Sequence record: OR699282.2
DNA: 64,000 nucleotides
Reading direction: 5' to 3' (one strand)
This document shows, one piece after another, positions 60,967 to 64,000 of this stretch (within the stretch, counting starts at the first letter, position 1; every line of letters starts with the position of its first letter). Under the pieces are notes generated by a model. That model saw nothing but the letters and a program-made list of their open reading frames with translations, did not search any database and was not told the DNA's origin. The position numbers and the translations under genes are program-made.

Positions 60967-61755
60967 ATGAGCACTATAGATGAACTGATTCGACGGAATT
61001 CAAAATATTACCAACCATCAGAAATTGTAGGTAACATTACCAAATCAGAGTTTGGTCCAAATACTCGAAAACTCATTCATGTAATGTCACGTGATGGCTT
61101 TAAATGTGATTGTTGTGGTGAATCAAATGTAGTATTCACTTTACACAAGCACAGTACTAAAGAACGTTATAAATTCAGACCTTATGTACTTAAAGGGAAA
61201 CGCCTTGTACGCATGACGTTAGACCATAATGTACTGGACTGTCTTCAGGGCGGTAATGATAAAGAGAACATGACTGCACTGTGTGAAGATTGTAACGCAT
61301 TACGCCAGCATAAGTTTGCTGAATACAGTGAGTTTAAACACTGGTATCATAACGCGGATCGTTCAATCGAGCCTGACGTTAACTACTGCTTCATTGAGTA
61401 CATTAAGAATGCCAAAGATACATACATTCTTAAATCAATGTCACCTATTACCGTGTTTCCTGAGAACCTATTCACTACATTAAAGAATAGTTTTATTGTA
61501 GGTGATATTGATGCATTCAAGTATTTTGACAAAGGTGCAAAACATTTTGAAATTCAATGTCTTAGTACTGCACTATGTGAACTCATTAAAATTTACATAA
61601 AAGAGTATTTGGGTATTGACAATGTACGTGTACCAGAGTATACTTTTTCTATTGAATTCGATTGTGAATCAATCAAAGAGTTTGGAATTCTTTTCAATAA
61701 ACAAATAGAACTTGCAATTCAAAACGAAATCAAGTACTATACTACTAACATTTAA
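60967..61755 (+). CDS. HNH endonuclease-domain protein
   Basis: CDCCG...TLDHN...GGNDKENMTALCEDCNALR. Confidence 0.7.
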   Translation: MSTIDELIRRNSKYYQPSEIVGNITKSEFGPNTRKLIHVMSRDGFKCDCCGESNVVFTLHKHSTKERYKFRPYVLKGKRLVRMTLDHNVLDCLQGGNDKENMTALCEDCNALRQHKFAEYSEFKHWYHNADRSIEPDVNYCFIEYIKNAKDTYILKSMSPITVFPENLFTTLKNSFIVGDIDAFKYFDKGAKHFEIQCLSTALCELIKIYIKEYLGIDNVRVPEYTFSIEFDCESIKEFGILFNKQIELAIQNEIKYYTTNI

Positions 61756-61770
61756 TCAGAGGAAATTATC

Positions 61771-62164
61771 ATGCAAATTATCATTCTTATCGTTGGCATC
61801 ATGCTGGGTGTTTACGGTCACTCCTGGATGAACGAGAAGTTTCCTAATACGCGTCCTGAGTATTGCAGTACTAATGTATTCCAGAATGGTGAGAAACCAA
61901 AGGAAAGCATTGGTAAAAAGCTGGATAAAGTACTTGATGTGATCAATGAATAAGGGCCATAAAATGTTTAAACCGAATTCCAATGTTGGTAAGAAAGTTC
62001 AATTACTTGAAGATGTATCCACCATGAGTGGAATTTTCCCAAGAGGTCACATCATGACTATTATTGCCGAAACATCCCGTGGGTGGGATTTGGAAGATGC
62101 TGATGGTAATCGCATCCTTGAGGCTGGATTCTATGGTCATCGTGAATATAAAATCATTGATTAA
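61771..62164 (+). other. two small ORFs (61771-61953 membrane-anchored, 61946-62164)
   Basis: GAGGA RBS, coupled. Confidence 0.55.
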
Positions 62165-62260
62165 GGATACAACATGACTTTAGAGATTGTCTTTGGTATT
62201 GTTAGCTTAGTCGTCTGTGTGGGTTGGTTTGGGTATCTGATGATTTTTGGTGATTAATAC

Positions 62261-62288
62261 TTGACATAAGATATCAGTACTGTATAAT
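62261..62288 (+). promoter_or_regulatory. sigma70 promoter with CAGTACTG abutting the -10 box
   Basis: TTGACA-TAAGATATCAGTACTG-TATAAT. Confidence 0.85.
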
Positions 62289-62381
62289 GTTTATATCAAA
62301 GGGAATGCAGTGAAAGGAAAGACAGCATAATCGTACTCGTCACTGCGTTCCCGCCCTTTTAAATTAAATGAGGAATTAACT

Positions 62382-63793
62382 ATGTTTCAAACTAACACTC
62401 AAGGTTTTGTAATCATCGATTTGAATCAAAACAGCGGTTATTGGATGAAACCTACTGACGCATGTATGCAGTTTGATTTTTTAGGTTACAGGATTAGTGT
62501 AAGTACTGGTGCTTCTGTACTGCGTGGTGGTTGTATCGTTGAACATCTGGTAACTGATCCAGAAGGTCGTGAGTATGAAATCGCAGGTTCGGTACAAGAT
62601 GCCATTATGTTTGTATGTCAGCGTGAAATGAATAGTTCGAATTCAAATGCACTGACTCATGCTCTTTCTCAAGAAGTGGAGGTTCGTTAATGAAATATAT
62701 CGTAGCAGTACTCGTTGCATTTTTACTCACTGCATGTGACGCTTCAACAAAAGAACGCACAAGTGATTTTATTCTCCCTATTGAATTACAAGAAGCAGGA
62801 TGTAAGATTTATCGTATGCAAAAGGACGGTGCTGGCGTAACCTTGTATACAGTTTATTGCCCTAATGCAAATACCAGTACTGGATACAGCAGCGGTAAAA
62901 CACGAATCAATACTTCAGTGATTAATGGAGTACAACAATGAGCCTTGATACAACCCGTGCAACAGATTTATTAACTCGTATGAATAATGAAGAATTTCTT
63001 GCTGAAATAAAGTACAAGCTTGAAAAACTGGCACGAAGTGCTGAAGTAATTGAAGTTGAAGGTCACTTACCAATGGACCAATTCAATACGTTCAACGAAG
63101 ATATGGTTTATTATCCAAATGAAATTTGGATTGAGTGGGAGTCATGGACTAACAAAACTCTACGCATTGAAGGTTATTGTGTGAATTATGAATCTGAACC
63201 TGGTGATGTTACAAAAACTCTCTCCATTTGGTGTACAAAAACACATGAACTCGTTGAGGTGAATTTGAATTATATGAAAGGTTTCCGTTGGGGTGATGTT
63301 CAATGATTAAAAAACTATTGACAGTTGTCTTTGTATTCTGTACAATGTTTCTTACAGCATGTAATGATGACGGCAGGTTTAGTGCAAAAGACTTAGTTCG
63401 TCAGGATTGTACATTCACAGGTAAGTCTTTTATTAACGAGTATGAGGTATGTACACAATCAGGCCGTATCTGTGGTGGTTGGGAAAAACGACAGGAGCGA
63501 TTGTATGTATATGAATGCCCTGGACATCACAACAAAGTACTAAGCACACACAAACTTGTTTATGATAAGGTTGAATAATGACTACCAATGAAATGATGCA
63601 GGTTATTTGGGATAAAGGTTGTGATATTAAAATCACTAGTACTGATGTTCGTGTATTCAAAACTGAATATATGGAGTACTTGGACCTTGATACTTATAAT
63701 AATATTGTATCAATTGAACACAAAGGTGCAGTACTGGAAACCATTGACGTAGTACTCAAGAAAGCTACCGACCTATTAGGAGTGGCAGTGTGA
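62382..63793 (+). other. hypothetical ORFs 62382-62690, 62690-62941 (lipoprotein), 62938-63306, 63303-63578 (lipoprotein), 63578-63793
   Basis: coupled ORFs; lipobox-like LTAC in 62690 and 63303. Confidence 0.65.
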
Positions 63794-64000
63794 ATAACAA
63801 AGAGTGGGAAGATTACCGCAAGAAGTGCAGGGAGTTTGATAAAGAACTTACTGGTACAGTGAATGCAGTAATGTGGGTATCTGTAATTATTGCAGTTCTT
63901 GCGTTGGGTGCTATTATTATTAATAAATTATTCTAAGGACTAATATGTTTACTTTATATCTTGCAGTAGTACTAACTAATGGTGAAATCACTCGCACCGT

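Overview
A 64-kb, strongly AT-rich segment of a lytic jumbo myophage. By gene content it most resembles the enterobacterial RaK2/GAP32/PBECO4-type giants (inference, no database search run). Almost everything is on the + strand. 0.4-24 kb holds core and auxiliary genes: DHFR, RNase H, Dda-like helicase, IF3, ClpS-like protein, a late KTSC/HExxH/GNAT-like operon, both type II topoisomerase subunits, a large late protein, a truncated DnaE-like module, GroES, clamp loader, HAD nucleotidase, two TelA-like proteins and a DEDDh exonuclease. 24-64 kb is an accessory region of small ORFs with sigma70-type promoters, a NADAR protein, a C5 DNA methyltransferase, 8 tRNA or tRNA-like genes, a PD-(D/E)xK nuclease, an Ntn-protease-like protein, a phage sigma factor and an HNH protein. 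Main unexplained signals: (1) the palindrome AGTACT is about 6-fold over-represented (about 135 copies by hand count) and sits in promoter spacers and RNA elements; (2) about 21 dispersed paralogues with unrelated N-termini share a C-terminal [TS]EExxFQxS[TL][VI] box; (3) an Arg(UCU) tRNA-like gene lacks a D-arm and carries an extra arm; (4) four promoter- or terminator-bounded, highly structured non-coding loci of 180-340 nt; (5) hairpin elements displaying anti-Shine-Dalgarno CCUC(C) loops; (6) a five-member THEEW microprotein family among the tRNA genes. All structures and counts were derived by eye.
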